Shown here piece by piece: positions 41,701-51,563 of a stretch of DNA of 64,000 nt. The translations under genes and the position numbers were made by a program. The notes under the pieces are model-generated. The model had not been told where the DNA came from, did not search any database, and saw nothing but the letters and a program-made list of their open reading frames with translations. Where the stretch lies: positions 372,304 to 436,303 of the forward strand of contig CAWDLN010000003.1 in the NCBI GenBank assembly GCA_963803115.1, written 5' to 3'. How positions within the stretch are numbered: position 1 is the first letter of the stretch; each line of letters begins with the position of its first letter. The DNA comes from an uncultured Actinomycetota bacterium (GTDB lineage: Bacteria; Actinomycetota; Actinomycetes; Mycobacteriales; Micromonosporaceae).

Positions 41701-42448
41701 AGTGAGCCGTGTAGTAGATGACCTCGATCAGCCCGTGCCGGTTCGCCGGCGGGGCCTGGATAGTCGGATTGAGGAACGAGAACACGATCGTGTCGCCGGC
41801 CGGGTCGGAGAAAAGGTGGAATATGTGGCCGGCGCCGCCCTCTTCGTGCGCGTAGGTCCACGTGTCGGCCCGGCGCGCGGGTGGCACCTCTCCGAACGCG
41901 GTTTCGCCCGGCTTACCGGTCAGCAGCGCGACAGCGGCGGTGTTGTGTCCGAGCCACGCGTTGAGGGCCTCCTGGGCGTACGCCTTCAGGTCCTGCGGAA
42001 ACGTGATCGGGTGCCACTGCCCGTCCACGACGGCATGCGGCTGACCAATGAGGTCGTTGCGCAGGCGTAGGTCGAGCTCGTCGCCGACTTCGTTGTAGAG
42101 CGCGCAGATGCTGGAACCGGCGGCCCCGTTGCACTGGTACAGCGTGAAGACCTTGTTGTAGTTGCCCGAGTCCAATGTGGAGAAGATATGGTCGGCCGGA
42201 TCGTCGAGCTGGCTGAGAAGACCAGCGTCGCCTCGGCTCCACGCGCCGACGGCGGCTGTCGCGTACGAGCCCGCCTCGTTCGGCAATGGTGTCGTCGTCG
42301 ACGTGGGCGTAGCCGTATCACCCAGCTGGCCGGTGCCGGCGCCGGTGCCGTCAGGTGCCGGGCTGCCACTCTTGGGTGCGCAGCCGGCAAGGGAGCCAAG
42401 TGCGACTGCGGCGAGCGCGAGCGCGGCGAGGCGGTTGACCTTTCGCAT
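41696..42448 (-). CDS. hypothetical lipoprotein
   Basis: MRKVNRLAALALAAVALGSLAGCAPK (lipobox), Thr/Pro linker, Cys-containing globular part. Confidence 0.55.
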   Translation of the reverse strand: MRKVNRLAALALAAVALGSLAGCAPKSGSPAPDGTGAGTGQLGDTATPTSTTTPLPNEAGSYATAAVGAWSRGDAGLLSQLDDPADHIFSTLDSGNYNKVFTLYQCNGAAGSSICALYNEVGDELDLRLRNDLIGQPHAVVDGQWHPITFPQDLKAYAQEALNAWLGHNTAAVALLTGKPGETAFGEVPPARRADTWTYAHEEGGAGHIFHLFSDPAGDTIVFSFLNPTIQAPPANRHGLIEVIYYTAHS

Positions 42449-42549
42449 GACCGAAGCCTCGTGGTTCGTGAGACGACTGTCTCGCATCAGTCAAAACGAC
42501 GACTACCCGGCCCAGTGCTGCCTCGACCGAGAGCCGGGTGAGAGCTGAG

Positions 42550-43335
42550 TCACGGCGCGACGCCCCGTACCGCCCAGGCTCGTGCCGTGAGGGCGATTGA
42601 TCCATCAGACGCTATGGGCAGTCGCGAACGTAGCAACTCTTGCAACCGCGTCCGGTGGTCCTCGTCCAAGGAGATCACGTATGCCCCGGCCGGGCCTTGA
42701 CCACCGAGGAACGGTGTCCAATAGTCGTCGAAGTCCTTGAACGGAGTTGGAACGACGATCGCCTCGCCGGACAGCTCCACGAGGGCATGGTCTGTCCACA
42801 GTCGACGGAGGCCCTCCGGTTGGCAGAGCGGGAACCGCGGACCCTCATCGAGGTCGGCAGCATCCGGATCCAGATCGATCGCCGCGTCCCAGAGATATCG
42901 CAGCAGTGCCATCCCTTCGGCGTAGTCCCATACGTACGCGGCGACCGTGGCGCCGGTCCGGGCGACCCGGAGGAACTCGGCCATGGCCCGGTCCGGCTCG
43001 GGCACGAAGTTCAGGGTCAGGCCGCTGACCACCACGTCGGCGCTTCGGTCGTCCACGGGCAACTCGCGGGCATCACCGACGCGGAACGTGGCCGCCGGAT
43101 TGTTCGCCCGTGCGGTTGCGAGGAAGCCGTCCGACGGATCGACGCCGAGTACGTCGGCCGGCTCGGCCATCGCGATGATTGTCGCCGCCAATGCGCCTGT
43201 ACCGGAGCCCACGTCGAGCCAGTGGTGCCCCGGCGGCAGGTCGAGCCACCGGATGAACTCGACCGCTACCTTCCGACTCCATCGGCCGATGTACCCGTCG
43301 TAGGCCTCGCCCGCCGACCACTGTTCGGTTGTCAT
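42550..43335 (-). CDS. class I SAM-dependent methyltransferase
   Basis: HWLDVGSGTGALAATIIAM (motif I) ...VVVSGLTLNFVPEP. Confidence 0.7.
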   Translation of the reverse strand: MTTEQWSAGEAYDGYIGRWSRKVAVEFIRWLDLPPGHHWLDVGSGTGALAATIIAMAEPADVLGVDPSDGFLATARANNPAATFRVGDARELPVDDRSADVVVSGLTLNFVPEPDRAMAEFLRVARTGATVAAYVWDYAEGMALLRYLWDAAIDLDPDAADLDEGPRFPLCQPEGLRRLWTDHALVELSGEAIVVPTPFKDFDDYWTPFLGGQGPAGAYVISLDEDHRTRLQELLRSRLPIASDGSIALTARAWAVRGVAP

Positions 43336-43454
43336 GTCGGGAGCCTAGCGCCGGGTGCTATATGGACCCGGCGCCCCATCTCGGACGTTTGAGTAAGGTT
43401 TGTCTTGGCCGCCCGGCGTGTCGCGGCGCGGACAGCATGGGCTCTTCAGACTCG

Positions 43455-43490
43455 ACACCCGCACAGGAGTAACTACTCCTGTGCGGGTGT
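43455..43490. promoter_or_regulatory. perfect 36-bp palindrome (17-bp arms: ACACCCGCACAGGAGTA-AC-TACTCCTGTGCGGGTGT) in a divergent promoter region
   Basis: Read directly; lies between the methyltransferase (-, start 43335) and the cupin gene (+, start 43622). Confidence 0.5.
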
Positions 43491-43621
43491 GGACTCAAGA
43501 AGACACACCCCGGCCGGACCGGGTCATCCACACCGCAGGAGCGCGTTGCGGCGCCGCGGATCGCGTCGGCGACTCCAGCGGCGCCGCGCTAGCTCGGCCC
43601 GTTCGATGACGGCCCGGTACA

Positions 43622-43975
43622 GTGCGGGCAATGCGGATCATCAAACTGCGGCCGGAGCAGGCGCACGAGATTGCACATCACGGTAGCCGTGGGTTCCGGG
43701 CACAGGCAGTGGTACGGGCCGATAGCGTGGGCGTCACCGTGCTATGGGTGGCCGCCGGCGGGGAGATAGGCCGTCACCCGACGACGGTCGACCAATTGTT
43801 CTTCGTCCTGTCCGGACGTGGCGAAGTGTGCGGCGAGGACGGCGTTTGGCACGGCATCGTAGCCGGCGAGGCGGCGCTGTGTTTGGCCGGCGAGCGCCAC
43901 ACCACCCGGGCCCACGACGACACTGTCGCCATCGCCATCGAAATGGATGGGCTCGCGCTCGGCATGGCAGTCTAG
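43622..43975 (+). CDS. cupin domain protein
   Basis: [49 protein letters not shown]. Confidence 0.6.
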   Translation: MRAMRIIKLRPEQAHEIAHHGSRGFRAQAVVRADSVGVTVLWVAAGGEIGRHPTTVDQLFFVLSGRGEVCGEDGVWHGIVAGEAALCLAGERHTTRAHDDTVAIAIEMDGLALGMAV

Positions 43976-45255
43976 TGCTTCGGTGTGATGGTGTAGTGCA
44001 GCGTGAGGAATGGGAAGCCGAAGACCCGGAAATCGTGTTCGGCGCGCACCTGGCCGTCCGCGACGTACACCTCCAGCCGCTCGGCGAATCCGTGGACGGC
44101 TAGTGTCGTGAGGTCCCGCGTCTGGGGGTCCACATAGGTCAAATAGTGCCCGGCCTGACCAAGCTCACTGCGGCTGGTGAGGATCAGCCCGCCGCCCGGA
44201 CGCGGATAAGGCACGAGGGTTGCCGTGAAGCTCGCCTGCGGCAGCGGGAAGCCGACGCTCACGTAGCCTCGGCCGTCCCGTCGATAGGTAGTGTAGATGC
44301 CGACATAAATGGGCTCATCATTGTCCACAAAGGACCTGATCCAGCCGCGGATGCTGACCACGCGGTCGCTGCGGGTGCTGATCGTGTCGATCCGGCTCCG
44401 GACGCCGCGTTGGGCCTCCCGTTGGTTCATCGGAACGTTGGCCTGGCCGAGTGGTCTGGCCACGAGCGCGCGGTAGACCAGGTAACCGGGCCGACCCCAG
44501 AGACGTAGCTGCGGAACGATGTCGAGCGTGAAGCGCGTCGTGTGCTCGTAGAATTCGCGCACCCGCGGGTCGATCGTGCTTGGGTCGAATTGCGGTCCAG
44601 CCAGCTCATCAAGTGACGCGATAATGCCGACGTCGAGCGCGTCGGCTTGATAGTCGCCGCCGACTACCTCGGCCAGGTCGCGTACGTAACCAGTCCCGAC
44701 GTACCGGGTCCGCGCCTCGAGCGGCACCACGAACGGCAACTCCTGCGCCGTCACCCGCTCGGCCAGCAACTCGACCTGTGCGTCGCGGAACATCGCCGCC
44801 GACAAGGTCCGGAAGACGAGCACCGTGGTCGCGCCGACGACGGCCGCCGGCACATTTGCCCACACCTCCCCGAGCACCCACCCAACGGCGATGCCCACCA
44901 ATGGTCCCAGAATGACCTTCTGCGGCCGCAGCGCCAAGGCTCCGGTCAGCGCGCCCAGTAAGAGTCCGACGACAATGGGTCCCGCGCCGAACAGCTTTCC
45001 CAGCACCCAGCCCGCGATCGCGGCGAGCGCTGTGCTCATGACGATGCGGGACCACAGGGCTGGGATCTCGCCGGGTTTCTGACGTGCCCGGGCCAGTGTG
45101 TCCGTACCGGCAAGAACGAATCCGCCGACCACGCCGCCAATCGCCATCACCGCAACACCCCAGCGCGATGTCAACGACAGCCCAGCCAGGACCCCGATGA
45201 CCGCCGAGAAACCAACCGAACCCGACCTGTTGTCGCGCGGCCGCGCATCGTCTGC
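43972..45255 (-). CDS. hypothetical membrane protein (N-terminal TM bundle, ~250-aa C-terminal domain)
   Basis: [37 protein letters not shown]...; the N-terminal ~50 aa of the track ORF overlap the PPOX gene and are read-through. Confidence 0.45.
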   Translation of the reverse strand, partial: ADDARPRDNRSGSVGFSAVIGVLAGLSLTSRWGVAVMAIGGVVGGFVLAGTDTLARARQKPGEIPALWSRIVMSTALAAIAGWVLGKLFGAGPIVVGLLLGALTGALALRPQKVILGPLVGIAVGWVLGEVWANVPAAVVGATTVLVFRTLSAAMFRDAQVELLAERVTAQELPFVVPLEARTRYVGTGYVRDLAEVVGGDYQADALDVGIIASLDELAGPQFDPSTIDPRVREFYEHTTRFTLDIVPQLRLWGRPGYLVYRALVARPLGQANVPMNQREAQRGVRSRIDTISTRSDRVVSIRGWIRSFVDNDEPIYVGIYTTYRRDGRGYVSVGFPLPQASFTATLVPYPRPGGGLILTSRSELGQAGHYLTYVDPQTRDLTTLAVHGFAERLEVYVADGQVRAEHDFRVFGFPFLTLHYTITPKH

Positions 45256-45265
45256 CACAACCGTG

Positions 45266-45697
45266 TCAGCCCTGGCGATCCGGACCGGCGCGGGTAATCG
45301 TGACTCGAACGAGAACACGCCGGTCCCGCTCCATCGCGGCGCGGTAATCGTCCCAATCCGGGTGTTCGCCGGAGATGCCGCGGTAGTAGTCGATGAGGGG
45401 CTCCATCGCATCGGGCAGGTGAATGACCTCGGCCCGACCCTCGATGAGTACCCATTGACCGAAGAACGCCTCCGTGAGCGCGCAGAGCACGACGCGCGGG
45501 TCGGTCAAGAGGTTACGGGTCTTGGTCGCGGTCTCTCGGGTGCTGATGACCACGTGACCGGATGTGTCGACGCCCACCGTCACGGGCGAGAGCTGGGCTC
45601 GTCCGTCTGGGAAGTACGTCGTCAGTACGGCGCGGTGGTGCTGCCGCACGAACTCGCGCGCCAGTTCAGTGTCCACGGTGCCTACCGTACGGCTCAC
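45266..45697 (-). CDS. PPOX-class F420-dependent oxidoreductase (pyridoxamine 5'-phosphate oxidase fold)
   Basis: [60 protein letters not shown]. Confidence 0.7.
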   Translation of the reverse strand: MSRTVGTVDTELAREFVRQHHRAVLTTYFPDGRAQLSPVTVGVDTSGHVVISTRETATKTRNLLTDPRVVLCALTEAFFGQWVLIEGRAEVIHLPDAMEPLIDYYRGISGEHPDWDDYRAAMERDRRVLVRVTITRAGPDRQG

Positions 45698-45893
45698 ACA
45701 GCGACGATGCGTATGCCGGGCGTCGTCGGCTCGTCTCGTTTCGCCTCATACCTGGCCGACGGCTGGTCGGGAGGCGTCAGGCGTCGCCGGTCGACACATC
45801 ATCAAGCCAGCTTCGGATGCGGCGTCGCCGGCGACTCGTCACACAGTTCCTGATCGTATGACCGCGGCGGACATTGTCGGCCCAGATCACTCG

Positions 45894-47351
45894 TCAAACG
45901 GAGACGACGCGGATGCCGGGTGTGATGGGTTCGTCGCGTTTGGCTTCGTACATGGCACGGTCGGCGCGTCGGATGAGGGTGTTGGCGTCGGCTTCTCCGG
46001 TGGCGACGGCGATGCCGATGCTGGCGCCGATGTTAACGTGTTCGCCTCGTAGTGGGATGGCCCGTGACAGTGCATCGGCGATGCGGTTGCGCACGGTTGT
46101 GATGTCGGAGGGTGCCTGGTCGCGAAGCAGGATGAGGAACTCGTCGCCGCCGAATCGGCTGACGAGGTCGTCGTGGCGTACGCACGCGCGCAGTCGTCGG
46201 CCGATTTCGATGAGTAGGTCATCGCCGGCGCTGTGGCCGAGGCGGTCGTTGACGTTCTTGAATCCGTCGAGGTCGCAGAAGAAGATGACGCATGGGGGGG
46301 ATCGCCTGAGTTCGGCGCTCAGCTGGTCCAGAAATTCGCGTCGGTTGGGCAGGCCGGTGAGTGGGTCGTGGGTGGCTTCGAACCGTAGTGCCCGCTCGGC
46401 CCGGTCGCGCGCGGCGGACAACCGCCAGATTCGCGCCATAACCAAGGCTGCAACGGCGAATCCACCGGCCGCGAGGAGTAGTCCGTCGTTATCCAAACCG
46501 ACCATGGCGCGGGATCCGACAACAACCGGTATCGCGGCCACGGCTGCCCCGAGGAAGACGAGCCGTCCGGTGGAGAGTTCATCGGACTGTGGAATGTGCC
46601 GCGACTGGGCGAGTTGTTTCGCGCTGGGATCCAGCCCGAACAGCCCCAGCGGCACGAACGCTGCCATGAGCAACATCGACGCCGCAACACGGTGGACGGG
46701 CAGCGGCCCCACTGCGTAAAGAATGTTTCCGACCAGGCCCAAGCCCAACGCGGCGAGCAGCAGCGACAGGGCTCGTGGTGGCCGGGCGGTGACCTGCACC
46801 AGCCGCACGAGAGCGCCCAGAACCCCGCAGAGCGCGAAGACTACGACGAACAGATCCAAGCGTTGCGCGAGCAGGTCGTATGGCGGCACGAGATTAGGCA
46901 GCAGCACGGCATCCCAGAGCAGCCCACCAAGCGCCAACGCCACGATCGTGGAATCGATGATGCCGCCGAGACTGCCCTTGCCGTAACGCAGGACCTGGGT
47001 GAGCGCGGCCACGAGCACCAACGCGTTGCCGGTGGCGTCCAGTAGCACGCTGGCGGTCACCACCGCGTCACCGGGCAGGAGCAGAAGCAGGCTCGCTACG
47101 TTGATCATTACGAGGGCGGTCAGCAGAATCTGCCATGGCAGGCGCCGCGACGGCGGGATCGCTCGAAGACCAACGAAGACGGCAGGTGTCGCGCTTATCG
47201 ACACGATGAGGTAGTCGATGTCACGACTGGTCGCCGACAGCAATGGGTACAGGGCGATCAGGATCACGGAGCCGATCAGGTACGCGCGGCGCACAGTGTC
47301 CGCCGGTGTCTTATACCGACACAACACGAACGCTCTGCGTGGCTGGCTCAT
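45894..47351 (-). CDS. GGDEF diguanylate cyclase with N-terminal multi-TM sensor domain (paralog 1)
   Basis: THDPLTGLPNRREF...VIFFCDLDGFKNVNDRLGHSAGDDLL...RFGGDEFLILL. Confidence 0.85.
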   Translation of the reverse strand: MSQPRRAFVLCRYKTPADTVRRAYLIGSVILIALYPLLSATSRDIDYLIVSISATPAVFVGLRAIPPSRRLPWQILLTALVMINVASLLLLLPGDAVVTASVLLDATGNALVLVAALTQVLRYGKGSLGGIIDSTIVALALGGLLWDAVLLPNLVPPYDLLAQRLDLFVVVFALCGVLGALVRLVQVTARPPRALSLLLAALGLGLVGNILYAVGPLPVHRVAASMLLMAAFVPLGLFGLDPSAKQLAQSRHIPQSDELSTGRLVFLGAAVAAIPVVVGSRAMVGLDNDGLLLAAGGFAVAALVMARIWRLSAARDRAERALRFEATHDPLTGLPNRREFLDQLSAELRRSPPCVIFFCDLDGFKNVNDRLGHSAGDDLLIEIGRRLRACVRHDDLVSRFGGDEFLILLRDQAPSDITTVRNRIADALSRAIPLRGEHVNIGASIGIAVATGEADANTLIRRADRAMYEAKRDEPITPGIRVVSV

Positions 47352-48756
47352 CCCGTTTCGCCTCGTACATCGCCCGGTCGGCGCGCCGTATCAAGGCCTC
47401 AGCGTCGGCCTCGGCGGTAGCGATGGCGATACCGATGCTAGCGCCGATGTTGACCTCGTCGTCGCGCAACAGGATCGGACGCGACAGCGCGTCCGCGATC
47501 CGGTCGCGAACCGCCCCGATGTTGGACTCCGCCCGATCACGCAACAGGATAAGGAACTCGTCACCTCCGAACCGGCTCACCACGTCGCCTTGTCGCACGC
47601 AGCCGCGCAGGCGCCGGCCCACCTCGACCAGTAGTTCGTCACCGGCGCCGTGCCCAAGCCGGTCATTGACACTCTTAAACTCGTCAAGGTCGCAGAAGAA
47701 GATCACGCATTGCGGGGCATGGGTCAACTCAATGCTGAGTTGGTGGAGAAACTCGCGTCGATTCGCCAAACCCGTCAGCGGGTCATGGGTCGCTTCGAAG
47801 CGCAGGGCTTGCTCAGCCCGGTCGCGCGCTGACGACAATCCGCCAATGCGCACCATCACCAACGCGGCGACCGCGGTCCCGCCACAAGCGAGCAAGAGTC
47901 CATCGACCCCGGCACCGGTGAGCTCACGGCAGCCTACGACCACGGGTATCGCTGCCACCGCCGCCCAGAGGAAGGCAAGCCGGACGGTTGAGAGCTCGAC
48001 GTCGGTCCGTACATCCCGTGTGTCCGCAAGCTCGGCTGCGTTGGGATCGAGTCCGAACAATCCAAGTGCGGCGTACGCCCCCATAAACATCATCATTGCG
48101 GTCACCCGGACCGCGGGAGTTGACACAACGGCGAGCAGGATGTTGCCCACCAGCGCCAGTCCTAAAGCCGCCAGCAGCAACCATAGAGCCGATTCCGGAT
48201 CCCTCATGATCCGCGCCAGTCGCGTCAGCGCGCCAAGGACGCCGCAGAGCACAAAGACAACCACGAACAGGTTCGCCTTCTGCGCCGGGATTTGGTACGG
48301 GGCAACAAGGTTAGGCACCAGGATGACCTCCCAGAGCACCCCCCCAAGCGCCAACGCGACGATGGTGGCGTCGATGATGCCGCCGAAGCCGCCGCCGCCG
48401 TGCCGGACAACGAGTGCGAGAGCCGCCGCGAGCACTAACGCGTTACCCGCAGCGTCGAGCACCTGGCTTGTCGTGAACGCCCACTCGGTGGAGACGAGCC
48501 TGATGACGTTGGCTGCGTTGACGACCACGAGGGCGGCCAGCAGCAGCTGCCACGGGCGTCGCCGGGAAGGCGGGATCCTTGACAGGCCGACGACGACGGC
48601 CGGCACCGCGCCGATTGAGACCACCAGAAAGTCGATGCGCCGCCATGGTGCGTTCAGCAGCGGATAGACCCCAATGAGAATGAGTGAGCCGATTAGGTAC
48701 GCCTGGCGCACACCGCGTCCGGAACTCCCAGGCGTCGGCAGCCGACCAGTCATCAA
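47311..48756 (-). CDS. GGDEF diguanylate cyclase with N-terminal multi-TM sensor domain (paralog 2)
   Basis: Colinear with paralog 1 at ~65% identity (THDPLTGLANRREF...RFGGDEFLILL); the two overlap by 41 nt. Confidence 0.85.
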   Translation of the reverse strand: MMTGRLPTPGSSGRGVRQAYLIGSLILIGVYPLLNAPWRRIDFLVVSIGAVPAVVVGLSRIPPSRRRPWQLLLAALVVVNAANVIRLVSTEWAFTTSQVLDAAGNALVLAAALALVVRHGGGGFGGIIDATIVALALGGVLWEVILVPNLVAPYQIPAQKANLFVVVFVLCGVLGALTRLARIMRDPESALWLLLAALGLALVGNILLAVVSTPAVRVTAMMMFMGAYAALGLFGLDPNAAELADTRDVRTDVELSTVRLAFLWAAVAAIPVVVGCRELTGAGVDGLLLACGGTAVAALVMVRIGGLSSARDRAEQALRFEATHDPLTGLANRREFLHQLSIELTHAPQCVIFFCDLDEFKSVNDRLGHGAGDELLVEVGRRLRGCVRQGDVVSRFGGDEFLILLRDRAESNIGAVRDRIADALSRPILLRDDEVNIGASIGIAIATAEADAEALIRRADRAMYEAKRDEPATQSVRVVSV

Positions 48757-48870
48757 GCCTCGTCTCGATGCGACATACCAGACGATCTCGCAAGTCTGTC
48801 ACGATCGTATGACCGAGGACAGGGTCGGCGGTTGAGATGTCGAGATTCGGCGCTCGCGTGAGCGCAATGC

Positions 48871-49530
48871 TCACCAGCCGCGAGCGCGCCACTCCGGCAG
48901 CGACCCTCGCTCCGCGCCGAGCGTGGAGTCCTTTCCATGGCCGGGATAGAACCACGTGTCGTCGGGCAGCCGGTCGAAGAGCTTTTGCTCCACATCGTTG
49001 ATGAGGGACGCGAAGTCGTCCGCGTTGCCACGGGTCGCGCCCACGCCGCCGGGGAACAGCGAGTCGCCGGTGAACAGATGGTTGACGCCGCCCGGGTCCC
49101 GGAAGAGCAGCGCGATCGAGCCCGGCGTGTGGCCCACAAGGTGGATCACCTCGAGCCGACAGTTTCCGACATCGACAATGTCGTCGTCTCCGACGGTGTC
49201 GTGAACGACCGGAAGGGCGTCGGCGTCGGCCGCGTGCGCCACCGAGCGCGCGCCGGTCTCTGCCACCACATCCTCAAGTCCAAACCAGTGATCCTGATGA
49301 CGGTGCGTTGTGACCACAGTGGACAATCCGCTCGGACCGATGAGCTCAAGCAGTCGGTCCGGCTCGTTGGCCGCGTCGATGAGCACCTGGTCCCCAGTGG
49401 ACTTGCAGCGCAACAGATAAGCGTTGTTATCCATCGGGCGCAGCGAGATTTTGGTGATGACGAGATCGGACAGCTCGCGCACGTCAGGCGGACCGCCTTG
49501 GCTCACGTTGCCGGTGTAGGTCACACGCAA
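48871..49530 (-). CDS. MBL-fold metallo-hydrolase (glyoxalase II-like)
   Basis: VVTTHRHQDHWFG (HxHxDH) ...HLVGHTPGSIALL. Confidence 0.8.
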   Translation of the reverse strand: MRVTYTGNVSQGGPPDVRELSDLVITKISLRPMDNNAYLLRCKSTGDQVLIDAANEPDRLLELIGPSGLSTVVTTHRHQDHWFGLEDVVAETGARSVAHAADADALPVVHDTVGDDDIVDVGNCRLEVIHLVGHTPGSIALLFRDPGGVNHLFTGDSLFPGGVGATRGNADDFASLINDVEQKLFDRLPDDTWFYPGHGKDSTLGAERGSLPEWRARGW

Positions 49531-49533
49531 ACC

Positions 49534-50244
49534 CTAGCCGAACGGCGGTACGACCGGCAGCAGTCCGGCGGGCGTCAGCGTCAAGTCATTGCCGGCGGAA
49601 CGTCCGGTGAGCCAAGCGGCGATGGCCCACGCCGGACCGCTGACGACGGGGCCGTCGCCGAGTACCAGGTCGTGTCCGACCTCGGGCGCTCGAAGAACGA
49701 CTGCCGGGCCACCTTCGCGGTGAGCCAGAGCGTCCGCTTGGGTCCGGCACAGGCGTAACACGAACGCCTGGGGCCAATCGACTGGCACGTAACCGGCGTC
49801 GAGGTCGACGTGGTGGATCTCGACCTCCCGCAGCCGGTGCCATGTCACCTCGGCGGCCGGTGCCTCGCGACCGCTGGCCCATTGGACCACCGTCGTCCAC
49901 GCCTGCGCCGGCGTCTCGTCGACGGCGGCGGCGAATCGCTCGCACGCCCGACTCAAATCGTCGAGCTGGGTCGCCCAGTCGCGGCCGGCGCCGGCCTCGA
50001 TGTCGACAGCGCGCTGGGCCATGCTCTCGTATTGCGGGGTGCGTACTCCGGTCCGCGCCCACGTGAGCAGGTTGACCGCGCCATCGGCGTTACGCGCGAG
50101 GTGGGTGAGCACGTGGCCGCGCGTCCACCCGGGCAGCAGCGACGGTCCGCCGACTGACTCGTCGGTCAGGCCATTCGTGGTCGCGAGGAGCCGGGTCGTC
50201 GACAGGGCTACGTCCCTGGCCAGCCCGAGCGGGTCGGTCGTCAT
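49534..50244 (-). CDS. maleylpyruvate isomerase family mycothiol-dependent enzyme (second copy)
   Basis: MTTDPLGLARDVALSTTRLLATTNGLTDESVGGPSLLPGWTRGHVLTHLARNADG; the upstream 216 aa of the track ORF are Arg/Pro-rich read-through. Confidence 0.7.
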   Translation of the reverse strand: MTTDPLGLARDVALSTTRLLATTNGLTDESVGGPSLLPGWTRGHVLTHLARNADGAVNLLTWARTGVRTPQYESMAQRAVDIEAGAGRDWATQLDDLSRACERFAAAVDETPAQAWTTVVQWASGREAPAAEVTWHRLREVEIHHVDLDAGYVPVDWPQAFVLRLCRTQADALAHREGGPAVVLRAPEVGHDLVLGDGPVVSGPAWAIAAWLTGRSAGNDLTLTPAGLLPVVPPFG

Positions 50245-50444
50245 GGTGCAGACCGTACCGGCCCGCCGGGCGCGGGCGTGAGCGGCCAAGGGCGTCGGCG
50301 TAAACAAGTGTGTCGGCGTAAATCGGTTTGCTCGAGCGGAACGGGCATCTAACGTCGTTGCGAACGTGTTGCATCGGCGACGGCGAGGGAGGTGGGAACG
50401 ATGACTGACCAACCCACCACCCGACTGACCTGACGAAGGAACCG

Positions 50445-51509
50445 ATGACGTTCGACCTGTCGTCCCTGGGTTGGGACGAAAGCTTCGGCACCTCATACGA
50501 ACGCCACGCCCGGCCCGACCAACGACCCGCCCGGGTGATCCGCGTCGACCGAGGCGTTTGTACTCTGATTTCGGCCGGCGGCACTTTGCGTGCGAGTCTC
50601 GGCGGTGCTGTGCTCGCCGCGGCCGCGAAAGACCCCACGAGACTTCCGTGTGCCGGCGACTGGGCGGTGGTTCGCACCTGGCCGGACGACCGGATGACGG
50701 TCGAGGCGGTGCTGGCCCGCCGTACGGCGGTGGTCCGCGCCTCGGCCGGCGCCGAGGCCGTCGGACAGGTGCTTGTGGCCAATGTGGACACTGTGGCGGT
50801 CGTCGTATCGGTAGATCCCGAACCCGACCTGGGTCTGATCGAACGGCTGTTGTCCCTCGCCTGGGAGTCCGGCGCGCGACCGTTTGTCGCACTGACCAAA
50901 GTGGACCTCGCCGCCCGCCCGGCGATCCTCGTCGACGAGGTGGCGCACATCGCTCCCCACGTTGAGGTTCATGGTGTGGGCGCCGCCGCCGGCATCGGGC
51001 TCGAGCGACTCCGGGCTCTGGTCGGCGGCGGTCGTACCCTCGGGCTGCTGGGCCCGTCGGGCTCGGGGAAGTCGACGATCGTCAATGCGCTGGCCGGCAC
51101 CACCGTGATGCCGACGCGGCCGATCCGTCAATCCGACGGTCGTGGTCGCCATACAACCACCCATCGGGCCCTGGTCTTGTTGCCCGGTGGCGGCGCGGTC
51201 ATTGACATTCCGGGGATCCGGGCGGTCGGCCTGTTCGCCGGGATCGACGGCCTCGCCCGCGCGTTCGCCGACGTCGTCGCCTATGCCCGGCGGTGCCGGT
51301 TCGACGACTGTACACACCAGCATGAACCTGATTGCGCCGTGCTCGCGGCCGTGACCGCGGGCGAGCTCAGTCCCCGCCGGATCGAACATTGGCGAAAACT
51401 ACATCGAGAAATCGAACGCGAGTCTCATCGGCGTGAGGTCCGCGTCACCACCCACGAACGGCGTCGATGGGCGCAGCGCCGGGCTCGACCGTACCCACGT
51501 ATCTCCTGA
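50445..51509 (+). CDS. rsgA: ribosome small-subunit-dependent GTPase A
   Basis: LLGPSGSGKSTIVNAL, CRFDDCTHQHEPDCAV zinc knuckle. Confidence 0.85.
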   Translation: MTFDLSSLGWDESFGTSYERHARPDQRPARVIRVDRGVCTLISAGGTLRASLGGAVLAAAAKDPTRLPCAGDWAVVRTWPDDRMTVEAVLARRTAVVRASAGAEAVGQVLVANVDTVAVVVSVDPEPDLGLIERLLSLAWESGARPFVALTKVDLAARPAILVDEVAHIAPHVEVHGVGAAAGIGLERLRALVGGGRTLGLLGPSGSGKSTIVNALAGTTVMPTRPIRQSDGRGRHTTTHRALVLLPGGGAVIDIPGIRAVGLFAGIDGLARAFADVVAYARRCRFDDCTHQHEPDCAVLAAVTAGELSPRRIEHWRKLHREIERESHRREVRVTTHERRRWAQRRARPYPRIS

Positions 51510-51563
51510 ACCGGCCGTACGGTGGTCGCGTAACCAAAGGCTCGGCCGGTAGGTTCCCACCGC

